NCBI GenBank assembly: GCA_903813345.2
Contig: CAIIXF020000001.1
Location: forward strand, 12,834,001-12,898,000
DNA length: 64,000 nucleotides
Direction: 5' to 3'
DNA from: Owenia fusiformis
Lineage: Eukaryota
How positions within the stretch are numbered: position 1 is the stretch's first letter; each line of letters opens with the position of its first letter. Shown in pieces: positions 23,683 through 37,000 of the stretch. A model generated the notes under the pieces. It saw only the letters and a list, made by a program, of their open reading frames with translations. It made no database searches and had not been told where the DNA came from. The position numbers and the translations under genes were made by a program.

Positions 23683-25795
23683 TCCGTATTCCATAGATAT
23701 CACTTTTTCCACGCATTTGCAAAATATCATAAATATGTTTTCATGTTACCTAACAGAGCGGAACAGACTTCAACTATGGGATAAAGAATAAAAAATAAGT
23801 ACATAATTGAATTACCACTCCAAAAATATTAAATATGAGGGTTTAAAGAAAGAATATTGAATATGAGATTCAAAAAGACAAGTGGCCTCATGTCTCACGT
23901 TACCCAAACCCCAGATCCTTGATGTCATATATACTTGTATACTGTATATCAATGTTATTTACTGGGAGGATTAAATATGGAGTGTATAGCAATGGTCAAT
24001 ACGATATTTCCAGATGGATATTTTTCCCTAGAAGCGGAACCCAAACTCAGTCATGACATAGAAGCTAACTTTTGCAATTAATAGAAACTTGTTTTTTATT
24101 ATATTTTTGTGTTCTATATTTGAGATGAAATAATATGAGATTCATTTCTACAAGAGGATGGAACGAATGTGAACTTGTATATTGAACTATACTCCTTTTC
24201 TGATTAAACAGAACAACATTTTATCCAAGCCAATTAAGAAAACCAAGGCCAATGAGTGTAATTTATGCCCAGTTAAACTAACACAATAACAACTTTTTGT
24301 CTGGACTCACTTATTATGTAAGAATGAATTGTATTACTGTTTACTGCATTAAATTTTAAGTATACTATCTGTATTTAATTTCAAATGCCTATCTCACTTA
24401 TCGAAGGTATACAAGAAATGTTATTTTGAAACAATTCAGCACAATCAAAACCATGTCCACATAATATGACATATCCAAGATGGCTGCCACAATTTTAGAT
24501 CCATGCACGTGTGAAGAAGTTAGAAATACACATGGTCCACAAGTTCCATCCCCAATAAAATGGGAAGTTTAAGGTTTTCACACATATCAACTCTATTCCT
24601 ATATACTTTATATTTGTGGTAAGGCTTGTGATCTAGGTAAACTTAGCATGTTCATGTACCTCCTATCTTCTGAAGCTAAAAACAGAAATAGTGACTTCAA
24701 TTGAGAAAAATGAATCTTATGGGCTCCATATACATTTTGAGTGGCTGTCCGGCTTAAGTTAGATACTACTGATAATCTGAGATTGAAAATTATGTCAAGT
24801 TTAGTCCTCAGCCTCTCATAATGGATAACTTCGAGGTAATTGTGTTGTTACTGCAAAAACCTCTATTTCTTCATCACAAATCTACCATCTTTTGCATCTG
24901 TCAAAACCCCTCATTTCATTTTCATTTTCAGACTTTTGCTTGTGCCATCATTAAATATATATATTCAACTTGTGATTCAGAATATTTTAAGAACTTTTCA
25001 TAAATTTTTTTATTTACACACTTTTGAAAAAATGACTAAGTCAGAGAATGGCCTCTTAATGGCATGTCCCCTTTAAAGGCATTAGGTTTTAAATTCTGAA
25101 CCAAATCTGATAAACAACATCTGAGTTACATCACATACATCACGAACAGACACACAGATCAAAGATAAATGGAGAAACAGACTGATGGACAGCTTTTCCC
25201 TATTCCTATTTGCTTAGAACTTCAATCATTGGGATAATAAAAGGAATTTGGGAGCATGCAATAAAACTGAAAAGTATACATACATTTCTGCTAGTACTGA
25301 ACTTCAAGTTTCAGACTGTAAGTATCAGTAGAGGCATTTGATCAGTGTTCTTCCTACAAAACAAATCAATATTTAAAGTTCATTTCATAAATGATCTATT
25401 CCAGGATTACATGGATTAATTTTCTATGTGTTTGAATTAAAGGGATACTTCTTTTTTGCAAAATATCTATGTTACAATACAAATACATTTTAATATAATA
25501 ATAATATCCAATAGGGGGTATATACAATAATAGCAAGGCATCAACATGCAAAATGTCACCATCTACAAACAGTTACAGATGCCAAATTCAAATCACCAAA
25601 CATCATCCACAAAAGTTGGAGACAATAACAATATGTCACCACTTATTGTGGTGACATAATAAAATTAGGTTTTGATGCAAACTTAAAGTAAACTAATTCT
25701 ATGAATGAGAATGGTGTAAGGTAGAAAAAGAGTTGCTTAGATGATCTCAATGTCCCTGCAGATCAAAAGACCACTGAATATATAACTTAATGTAC

Positions 25796-26968
25796 CTTTG
25801 TATATTGCTAAGATGGCTACTGCTTTTTCTATGTTATTTCTGTTCTGTTTAGTTATTTCTCTGTCTTTTCATCAAATCTGTTGAAAAGTACCTGTAAAGT
25901 ACGTAAAAGAGTATATAATAAACAAAGCATTAACCTGCAAAATCTCACCTCTGCCATTTGTTACAGATGCTGAACACCAACTGTTGAACACCAAACACCA
26001 TTCAGAAAAAGCTTGAGACTATAACAATACGTCACAACTTCTGGTGGTATTAAAAACTTAGTGTTAATCCTGGTGCCCAACAGCTGAGCCATAACTATCC
26101 TCTGCCCACTGGTATTCTGGCTCTAACTACCACCATTCTCATACCCATCCATTGTATTTTCTTAAAATAGTATGCCAAAAATGTTCTGTTTTCTTACCTC
26201 ATCGCTCTATTCTCAGGCGAAGATCATGGTTCACTCGGCTCTAGTCAGTCACAGAATGCAGTAAAACTAAGCGGGCTAAGATGCCAGGTTCAGCAGTTCT
26301 AAAATACAACATAAGCTTAATAAAACACAATAAATATACTTTTGAGAAAATGAATTTCAAAATTGAAGTAACAACAAAACATACCTTCGAGTCAAATGTA
26401 GCATAATTTGTTATACATACTGCTATTCAATTGGACATCTCTATCTTCCTCTATAATTTGACACAAGAAAGGAGAATCTGCAACAATGACAATGCTAAAA
26501 TAACAGTGTCAACTTGTTATAGATTCAAACTCAATATTTGCCATAATTAGGACATCAGAGTTGATGGTTTCACACAATGGAGATATGAAAGGGACCTACC
26601 ATACTCAAAATAATATACACTTTTGCAAGAATTGGGAGGTTAAGCTATGTTTTAAATAAAACTTGTATGTGAGAATGTAGAATAATGGGATCAGTCTTCT
26701 CTTTCAATTATTTACCTGCCAAAAAGAGTATGAAGGTACAAGACAAATAGTTTTAATTAATCCCTGGGGGTCATAATATTAATGTTCATGTACGGATCTC
26801 TATTTGCGAGTGGAGAAATATGTTTGGGAGCAAGATTTCACATTTGCAACTTGAGAATCGTGGTTCGAGTGCAAGGAACATACTGTAGTTATGAGCTCAG
26901 AACTGATGTTTGCGTTGTTGGAAGTCTAGGAGGCCTGTGTTTAGAGTGTTCGAGTATTTCAAAGCTTT
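25796..26968 (-). other. Cluster of exon-like blocks with no open frame (lncRNA or decayed gene)
   Basis: Blocks 26884-26968, 26385-26477, 26198-26298 and 25796-25891 each have a pyrimidine-AG acceptor and GTA donor; an 86-nt intron lies at 26299-26384; each block has stops in all three frames. Confidence 0.35.
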
Positions 26969-28844
26969 CTAGATAAAGTCAACTAAACCCCAAGTGACAA
27001 GTAAATGTTAAATCTAACAAGGTTATGATGACAGAGCACTTTGAAAAAGTGTGATATAAAGGATAAAGAAAGGAAAAGCACTGATTCATCTATATGTATA
27101 TGTCAATGGAGATTTCCATTTAGCTAACTGAAAGTGATTGATTACACTAGAATAAAATGTCATACTATTCAGACAGTTTGAGAATTAAGGATTTCTTCTA
27201 ACCTTGAAAACAAGTCTTTTTGATCCATCCATTATTTCCAACAAAAGTATCTACATGTCACTGGAACTTTTGATGATGGAGGGCAACCAGTTCATTTTAT
27301 TTGAAGTTAAATATGAAGTTTTATGCACCAAATCGTATATAATGCTCTCAAGTTAGATTTTTCCAAATACATGTATGTTAAAAAATGAAACTTTCTGATG
27401 TTAGAATTTCCGTCCTCACCAATGTTTTATTACTTTCTAGATCAATATGATTATTAATGATATTTCCTATTTATAGTGGACTTTCTTGGAATAGCTTTGT
27501 CAATAAACATAAATGACTTATCTTCTTTATAAAAAACTGACATACACAGATTTCTGGGATTGGATGTTTGAAAAATTTTACAGAAAATTTGATTTCTCTG
27601 TATCAATAATTTAAAGAAACAATATAACTGTATAAACAGATCACTTTTTGCCCCATTGAATATCCTAAATACACAAGAAACTTCAAGAAGGTTCCACCAT
27701 AATTTAGAGTTATTCCAAAATAAGAGGGTTGAAACTTTTTTGGGTTTCCTTGTTTCTTAAAGTGAATTGATCAAGAGACTTCAAATATGGAATCAATGTG
27801 CAATTGGGCATTTTAAAAGATTCCATTTACAGTGAAAATGAGATTGGCATCATGGGCATAGTATGATGATGAGTTGATTGCCTCTTCATAGAGACTCCTA
27901 TTAACGTACTAATAATTGCAAATACTTCCGTATCGTGGACAGAAAATACTCACAATCAAAGATATAATCTTATTTGTTTGTCATTAACCTATTCTTTGTC
28001 AATACCCTGGATATTTTTTTCCAGTATTTATTGCATCAACATTAAATGGATATTAAACTCATTGATAATATCTGATTAATCTATTGTGGTTTGCTTTCTT
28101 ATCATTTTTTCTAAAAATGGAGAACCACTATTTTGTTAAGTTTCAACACAACATAAAAGATTCAATGCCTAAAAACATCTTTGCTTCAAAAAATAAAGTT
28201 TCAATATCAAACTTTCTATATTAAAGTTGTAGTTGGGAAATATTCTGAACAAGTTGAGAAAGTCATTATCTCTTAACTTTGTTTGATGGGCAAGGCGATA
28301 CCTTGATCTAAGAATAGGCAAAGAGAACCTAAATAGCCGAGCCAAAGTTTGTATTAAAACCAAGGAGATACAAGTATTGTACTCACAACATATACAGGAT
28401 CAAATTCAGTAAAGCTATCTACATTCTAATCCAATGGTGATTATTATGAAATTGAATAGTAAAGATGAAGAAAAATTTCATTAGAGCAGACACATTTTGT
28501 CATTTCCTTAAACTGCTTCTAGTGACTGTGAATAATATCACGATATATAAAACGAGGTATTAACATTACAAGATGTTAGCACATGGTTGCAAATACAACA
28601 TGGCATTAACATGCCAGCTGCCACCACTTGCCATTTGTTACAGATGCAGAGTTACAGACGTCAGATGCTGAACAATAGTCACATAACCACAAAAAGTTGG
28701 AGACTATAACAACATGTCACCAATTCTAATGGTGACATAAAATGTAACCATTTGTTACAGACACTGAACATACAATTGTGGCATTATCAATATGTCATCA
28801 TTTCTTGGTGGTTACAATTCTTGGTATTGGCATGACAACATTCA

Positions 28845-29697
28845 AACTAGAAAAACAGCAACTCCACGGAGAAGCAAATCCCACCGAACAAAACATATTA
28901 TGCTTATTATAGCTAGTGTAAATGATGAAATGTTTGTGCACTTTGTGATAGAAGCATGTTTGGCACAAAGTTAGTTTATACCATTGTGTGAACTAGGAAT
29001 CATCATATAAAATTTGAACCAAATCTGTTCACTGCTATATGTGTTATCAATGATTACGTTTTTTACGAAAATTGGCCGCCATCTTAAAATTCAGCCGCCA
29101 TCTTGAAAATTATTTCTTGAACAGAGCTACTGTGTCCCTAGGCATAATCATATAAAATTTCAGCCGAATCTGTTCACTGGTATTTGAGTAATCAAAGATT
29201 ACGTTTTTTACGAAAAATTGCCGCCATTTTGAAATTAAGCGGCCATCTTGAAAATTTTTTGTTGAACATAGCTACTGTGTCCCTAAGCATCATCATATAC
29301 AATTTGAACCAAATCCGTTCACTGGTATTTGAGTTATCAAAGATTACATATTTTTACAAAAAATGGCCGCCATTTTGAAATTAAGTGGCCATCTTGAAAA
29401 TCTCTTTTTGTGCGAAACTCCTTTGTCCCTAGGCATCAGCATATGAAATTTGGACCAAATCCGTCAACTTGTATTTGAGTTATCAACGATTACATTTTTT
29501 ATGAAAAATGGTGGCCATTTTGAATTGAGCAGCCATATTTCCTTCTCGAGCAGAGGTCCTACACTCATAAGGCATAAGCCTATAAAATTTGAACCAAATC
29601 CTTCAACCGGTATTGGAGTTATCGCCCAGACAGACGGACGGACGGACAGACGGACGGCTTCTCTATATCCCCCTCGAACTTCGTTCGATGGGATAAT
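28845..29697 (+). mobile_element. Helentron/HINE-like element, family A, with ~145-bp core repeats
   Basis: 5' AACTAG...GCAACTCCACGGAGAAGC; 4-5 diverged units; (GACG)n; 3' hairpin ending GGGATAAT. Confidence 0.78.
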
Positions 29698-30968
29698 TAT
29701 CTTTCAATAAATCTAATATGAGTTAAAATAAAATAAATACACATTGAAGTGATTACCACTTTATGTTAAATCTGGCGCCTGTTGCCATTTACACTTTATC
29801 TTTAAAGCTTAGTCTTATTCTAATTCAACAAAAACAGTATCTGGTAGGATTTTGTGCTCATTGTGTTTTATGTTATCTAATTTTATTACAGATGTTGTTT
29901 CCTTGGTAAAGTTGCTATTAATGTACAGTTGTGCATGCATATATTTTGAATATCACCCTATAATATCACATACAATATGTATGAAAAACATATAATACAG
30001 TTTAACATAGTGTAGCTAACTTTTCAAAAATATATATTCTATTTAAAATTATTTCAATTCTCATTGATATTGCTTTTACTTGTACAAATAACTTTCATAT
30101 ACAATGGTAGCTGAAAGAATTGTATGCTACATATGGTACTCATATCTCCATTTCTTCCCATATTATATATGGTACAACATAGTTTGTGATAAGAATTCAG
30201 TTATTGTGGTTATACATAAATGGTGTTGTTATATATTTTTTGTCATTGTGTTATGACATCATAATGAAAAATCATTTGCAAATCCTCGGATTGCAACAAT
30301 TCATTTAAATACATGTTATCTTTACTATATTTAATCATCCAAGATTTTCATTGGGGGTGAGTAATCAAAATGAATATCACCATGGGTTATTTCAAAACAG
30401 GACATCTGGCTACAATATGAAAAAAATATTCATGAAGACCCCCAAAAATTACATGACATAAAACCATGTTTAGTCTTTTTCAATATGACATCATAGCACT
30501 TTACAAAATGAAATCATATTCACACCTCATTTAATGGATGATACATTACTCAGGTGAAAGAATCTAATATATTCCTCTGATTGTGCAATAAAGATTTGTA
30601 ACTGATCATCCCTATGGATTTTGAAAATGTATTTTTAAGAATCATGGCCTTGAATAGTTCATTAGAGGAAATAGAGTTATTAAATGACGTCAATTTTATG
30701 CCAGGCAGTTTGTCATTTACATTCCACCCACAATGAAACAACTTATAATACAAACAATTCACATTAATTTGCTAGCTACAAAATAAAATGCCATCACAAT
30801 ATTAGAAAAAATTCTCAAAAGATCAGAACTCTCGATTTATGTATTACTATCATGAATTAGTTTATATTGACATGAATCTAAATTGAGCCATAGTCCAGAT
30901 ATAAAACTGAGTTAATGGTGTCCTCTTCATGTGAAGAGGAGTGATGATTGCCTTTATGAGGGAGTTTC

Positions 30969-31060
30969 CTATGGTGTAAGTCGTTTGGGGTCACGTGGGA
31001 ACATCGAAGTCTTGCGTACATTGTCCAGTCCAAGATATAACATCACCACTCTCTCCATGC
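30969..31060 (-). CDS. DARS1: DARS1 exon 15 (last coding exon)
   Basis: [30 protein letters not shown]. Confidence 0.97.
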
Positions 31061-34000
31061 CTGGAAATAAACATTAACACTGTTATTTCAAATTGGATAG
31101 AAAATTCTTGAAAATTTTCGAACAGATAGTGACAGAGACAGACCACGAACATTTTTTAATTTAGCTAAAACTCATAAAATCTGAGAGTAGTTGACCTCAG
31201 ATTTTTTTAGAACCAACAGTGATTCTGAATAAGAAAATTAAGACACACTACTTTCTAGCAACTCCAGATTAAAATGCATTATTTCCCTTTGTGTCTATTC
31301 CTGGATTATTATTTCATTAAAACAATTTGTAACGGTCTGGTCGGTTCTGACTACAATGGAAGCTTTGAAATGAAATACTTTGTGGTATTTTACCAATATG
31401 GACTGAAGGTAATCTAAAGGTATTTTGAAAGAAATCAACAAGTCCATTGCAATTTTTGAAATGAAATATTTTGTGGTATTTTACCAATATGGACGTAAGG
31501 TAATCTAAAGGTATTTTGAAAGAAATCAACAAGCCCATTGCAATGATTTATTGATTTGTGAAGCATGAATATTTATCTATCTCTATATGTCTTGTCTGTT
31601 TCATTTTGTCTTCAAGTTTTCTTATAATAAGTAGTTGATAAAGTTTGTATTTACTATAGTTAGTATTTACTGTAGTTAGTATCTACTATAGTTAGTATTT
31701 ACTGTTCAGTTTGCTGAATTCACTCTTTTTCCTCCATTTTGCGTCTCAAACATGACAGTTATAAATAGAAAAATATTAAATAAGATGCCACCAGATTAGG
31801 ATGTTAAGATGCCAACAACTTGTGTTAATAAACTATTCCATAACTCATCAAATTCAAATATTTATTTGTTATTTATTATTGCTATTAACTTGTGTGTAAA
31901 TTGAATAATAGATTAAGAGAGGATTGGAACTTATCTTTAAGAAGTATGTTGACATATAGTACATGTCGTTCAATTCTTCTAACAAATATGACATATTGCC
32001 GAGACATATCATTGAGAAAATTTTAATCCAGGTTGAGTAATATGTAAATAAAGGACAACTTCCTGTACAATTTAATCACGATTTAAGATTAAAAAAATCC
32101 TTATGTCCTGGAAGACCTGTCTCTGGTTTTAAACATAGCTTTATAGCCTATTATAGATTTGACACGAACATAATTCAAATTTCTTAAGATGCTTATTGTG
32201 ACATGTGAGATGAATAGTAATTTCATGCATTCAATAATTCCCATGGATATGCTAATCTCGTGAAATATTGAACAATAATGTCTGATTAATGGCTTGTTTT
32301 ATTAAAATATGGGAATATTGTGGATCCCAACATACAACAAGCACCTGTTTCAATAAGCCATTCTGACTCAATAATAGTAATCATGATCCAACAGAATAAT
32401 TTACATCATTCATTTTCTATCTTTTAGCCTGTTTGCTTTGTTTTTCTTTAAGCATCTTCGTTCACTCAGCTCCCGTTGGTCAAACGCAGTGAAGATGATC
32501 TTTAAGGGTCTTTAAAATATTCTGATGCGTCATGACAACAAGGGCTGCCACGGAATGAAATCTAAATAGATTTCAACACTTGCCTTCAGAATTCAAACTT
32601 CTGACTTTGTCAGTAATAGTTTACTCAGTGACCCAATGAAAACCTAATTAAATATATACGATCCATTATGAAACATTAAACCAAATTAAATAGATATAAG
32701 ATCCATTATGAAACATTTATTTGAAAATTTTTATAATTAATATATAACTCCACCATGCTGACCATAATTATGAATTACTCAAAAGACAAGATGCAAGTGG
32801 AAATTACCTTGATGTAACGTATGTTATTAAATATTTAAACATTTTTAAATATTTTAAATCAAAATCAAAATTAAGTCAAGGTGATATTATATTTGAAGTT
32901 TACATGTAAAATGACATCAAGAAATGTGGTTTAAATAACTATTATCAACTTTGAAATTTTAATTTTCTTTGAAAATGTGACTTCAAGGTCGGATAGGTTC
33001 CCCATAGACCCCATGGTATAAAATCACGAAAACTGAAATGTATTTTCTTGTGTTGGACAATGGACAGCTAATATTTCTTTTACACGACATTATCATATAC
33101 ATAAGGGTTATTACATAAAAATTGGTCTACTAAAACTGATGAATATTCAAGTTTAAGGGAACTTTCTACTCTATCGTCCATGTTATCTGACCCAGATTAG
33201 CCACCTGGTGGTGAAACTGCTACATAGCTGGCATCTGGGTTATTAAAAAAAAGATCTGGGTCATTAATAAGGATATAATAATTCAACTTACCTATGCCCC
33301 CACCAGCATGAGGAGGACAGCCATACTTGAAGGAATCAATGTATGATCGCACTTTTTCCAAATCTAAAAATCACAATAAAAACAGAAATACAAAAACAGC
33401 AACTCCACAGAACAAGACTTTAATCAAATCATTCCCTAATGTTAAATATTTCATTATATAAATAACCTGGTACTCCATTTGAGCAGGCATTTTGAACAAA
33501 TGATGAAAGGTGTGAGGAAAAAAAGGATTTGAATTCAGTGGCTATCTTTGAAATTCCTCCTTAAGGAGAGGGTCTTTGCTCAATTTGACAACCAGCATTT
33601 TAGAAAATAAATTGAATTGAATGGCCATATTGAAATTTCCATTTCAAACTGAGGTCCTATGACCAGAGGGCACCAGCCTGTTGTATTTAAAGAAATTTGT
33701 TGACAGATATTTGAGTTATCACCCAAACAGACAAATGAACAGACAATCAGTATTTCTTTGTATGGGATAATGATGAATACATAAGTTATACAAAGTACTT
33801 ATACAATATAATATGGTTTATGAATAAACATTTGCAACTTAGATTAAACTTTTAGTTATAAATGTGGACTAAAAATAAAATATATTATGGAAACAATATT
33901 CCTAACTGATGGCAAAATATAGAAAAACATATCTTGTTATTTAAGAATTTCGCATAATTTTTAGTAAGGTAATCTCATATGAGGAAAATTCAATGAGAAA

Positions 34001-37000
34001 GTTGCAATTAAGCTGTTCATTAGCTAGGATGATTATAAGGCTAATACAAACAAGACACTAAACAAACATGATTGAGGTAGGATCTCCATTGGTTAAACAC
34101 AAATTCCTAATATGGTACGAAATGACCAATATCACACCTCAATCATCAAAATCAACTACAAAATCAAGTAAAAATAATATACTGAAAAATATAATCACTT
34201 TTATTCATTTTGCAAATTCATGCACAAGTTCATTTCCACAACAAAATGGCTGTCATACTAAACAAGCAAGCTTTTGAGACGCCACATATGGAACAATGAC
34301 AAGTCAAACCATTTCAATCGTGGTAGAGAATTAGCTACAAATATGTTGACAGACAGATGGACAAATTAACAGATGGACAGACAGACAGCAACAAAACAAG
34401 AAGGTAATAGCCCAGCAAATAAAAAGGTCATGAAAAACTCAACTATATTTTTCAGTACATTATTTTAACTGGAAAAAAAGTCAGTACATTTTTCAGTATA
34501 CGAATATACTTAAATACATATTTCAAAAATATTAAACTTTAATATGTACTGAAAACACTCCTTTCAGTACAAGTGCTCTCCCCTTGTGGATGAAATGATT
34601 GCATGGGGTAATTAAAAAGTAGCCTACCAATATCATGCAGTTTAGCCCTCTCAACGAGATAATCTGCATCATGAATACGTTGTGCGCCAGACAATATCTC
34701 CTCACCACGCATGAACATGTCATAGGAATTACCCCATTTCTAAAACAAACATGGTACATGATGACTATTTACATTATGTATGTGAAAAATAAGAAAGAAA
34801 TCAATCTCCTTAAATTAGTTTGTAATCTGTAAATCTGAGGTATGAGTTATTTCCCTCTGTCTGTATGCATAAGGAAAAGTACAAGAAGGTGGATTATTTA
34901 AAATACACAAATCCTTTGTATGTACGTGTATCTTGAAAGTTCAAAAACTGATACCCCACAAATAAATATTTTTCCATGCATGTTTTCTAAAAGTACAGAT
35001 CATCAACATTTATCTCTAAATGTTCCACCTTCTATGCATTAACATAGATTATGAGGTATTTGCTTTGAGATTAGTTATACAGGAGGAAGTAAGTTGTTAT
35101 TATATAGTCTGTCTAAAAATAGAGAAAAACTATATGGCTAAATTAAACAAAACACGAGTTGTATTTCACATCAAAAAATAGAGAACTAAATTAGAAAGAG
35201 ATCAGGGTGTCCTAACCTCTTCCTTTCATAGGAAAACATTTCAATAAAACAGGATTAAAATATTAAGGAATACCATTGATGAAGCATGCGCATAAACATG
35301 CACATATTCTTCCTCAAGGGGGGGGGAAGTGTCTAATGCAAAACAAAATGCTATACATTTTGAAGATTTTTGAAGAATTATTCATGTCTTGTGTCAAACG
35401 TCTAAAATTTGAATGCATTATATTTCATATATGCACTGCTTTGTGCTCTCCCCAACCATGAAGCAGCTGAGTAAAGCATTCATTTGAGAATTTTAGGATT
35501 ACATTTGCACCCAGTTGTGAAATTTGAGATAAACACGCATCAGACCATTTGAGTTAAAAAGTTTGTTCAAAGTGAGAAATGTCCCTTTACATTGATCCCT
35601 TACAGGATTCTATATCATGAGAATTTTACCAGATACATTTAATTCAAATTATTACGTCACTACAAATATCATGTCATCCTACCTGGTTATTAGGGTCAGG
35701 CATTGTGTAGAAAGGTCGTATTGCCAGTGGAAATTTATCCAGTATAAAATAATCTGTGTCATACTGGAAAAAAAACATATTACTGTTAATACAACATAAG
35801 ATGCATATAAAAGATCCAATTATTTTAATCAAAGTGTTTGAATTGTAAAATGAATTCATTTTATAATGTAGGATATTGTATATAGAAAATCCTTTACTTT
35901 GGCTTTGACGAGCCTTCCAAGAAGTTTCTCTGCTGGAGTACTCAAGTCCTCCTCGTCTCCCATCTCAACACCATTCTCTCGTAACATCTTTACAGCTTCA
36001 GGGTACTCGAGCCTTAAACTGCAACATAATGGATATATGCAATACTGTATTCATATACTTTTGAACTCTTACTTTCTCACAGCATATTTAAGCTCTAAGT
36101 CTACACAAATCTTGAATCCAATCTTGACAACATGCAATTTTATTTTCTTAGGGAATATATTTGTGTGAAAAAGCTATTAGTTAATGACAAGGGAATGAGA
36201 TTCTGTGCTTCCTGACATGCTCACATCTTGTGACATCTATTCATCAATTGTTAGTTATCATTTAACTACATTTATTACATTGACATTTAGTGACATCTAT
36301 TTATACGTAATCTAAGCTACAATATATATTTAGAAACTAACTGTTCCACTTACCTTGGTTCAAGGAATGTGAAAGGTTCTGAAGGATATTGCTTTCTGAT
36401 TGTCTCTATCTCTGTACCAAAGCTGAAATATGTGGAGGGTTAGATACATAAGAGGCAGGAGAAATGAAAATCAAGTATTTTAACAAACCAACATTACATC
36501 TACATTTAATTTGTTTACTTAAAATAACGTTCTGATTGGTAGATTTCAAGTAAGCAAATTGAGAAAGTCATATACAGTCCTAGTCATATCAGGTCATGAT
36601 TTGATCATGCATTGGATTGATTGCAGGCAAAATGGGTCTTCAAAATCATAATCTAGGTCTCATAGGTAGTTCCATCAATTACTACACACCTAATCTCCAA
36701 GAGTACCCTATGGTACCCTTTTGGCTACAGTACTGCACAGTACCGTAAAATAAGGTATCGAACAGTACTTTAGACTAAAACAGTACAGTACGGTACCGTG
36801 AACACTATGCGGCATCATATTCAAACAGTACCGTATGGTACACTCTTATGTATAAAACGGTACCATGATTATAGAGTGCGGTTTGGAGGTTTACATACTT
36901 GTCTCTCAGTCCTTTGAATATGTTCACAAACAGATCTCCAATGGTGTCTAATACTTCGTGATAGTGGTAATTGAACGTCATCTCAAGATCAAGGCCGACA

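Noticed and set aside
26705..26740. Minus-strand pyrimidine-CAG|GTAAAT resembling a recursive splice site
   Set aside because: It is not in a long intron of an established gene and is expected by chance.
32440..32565. GC-richer block in the last DARS1 intron as an alternative terminal exon ([10 protein letters not shown])
   Set aside because: It would truncate motif 3, and only a plain AG supports it.
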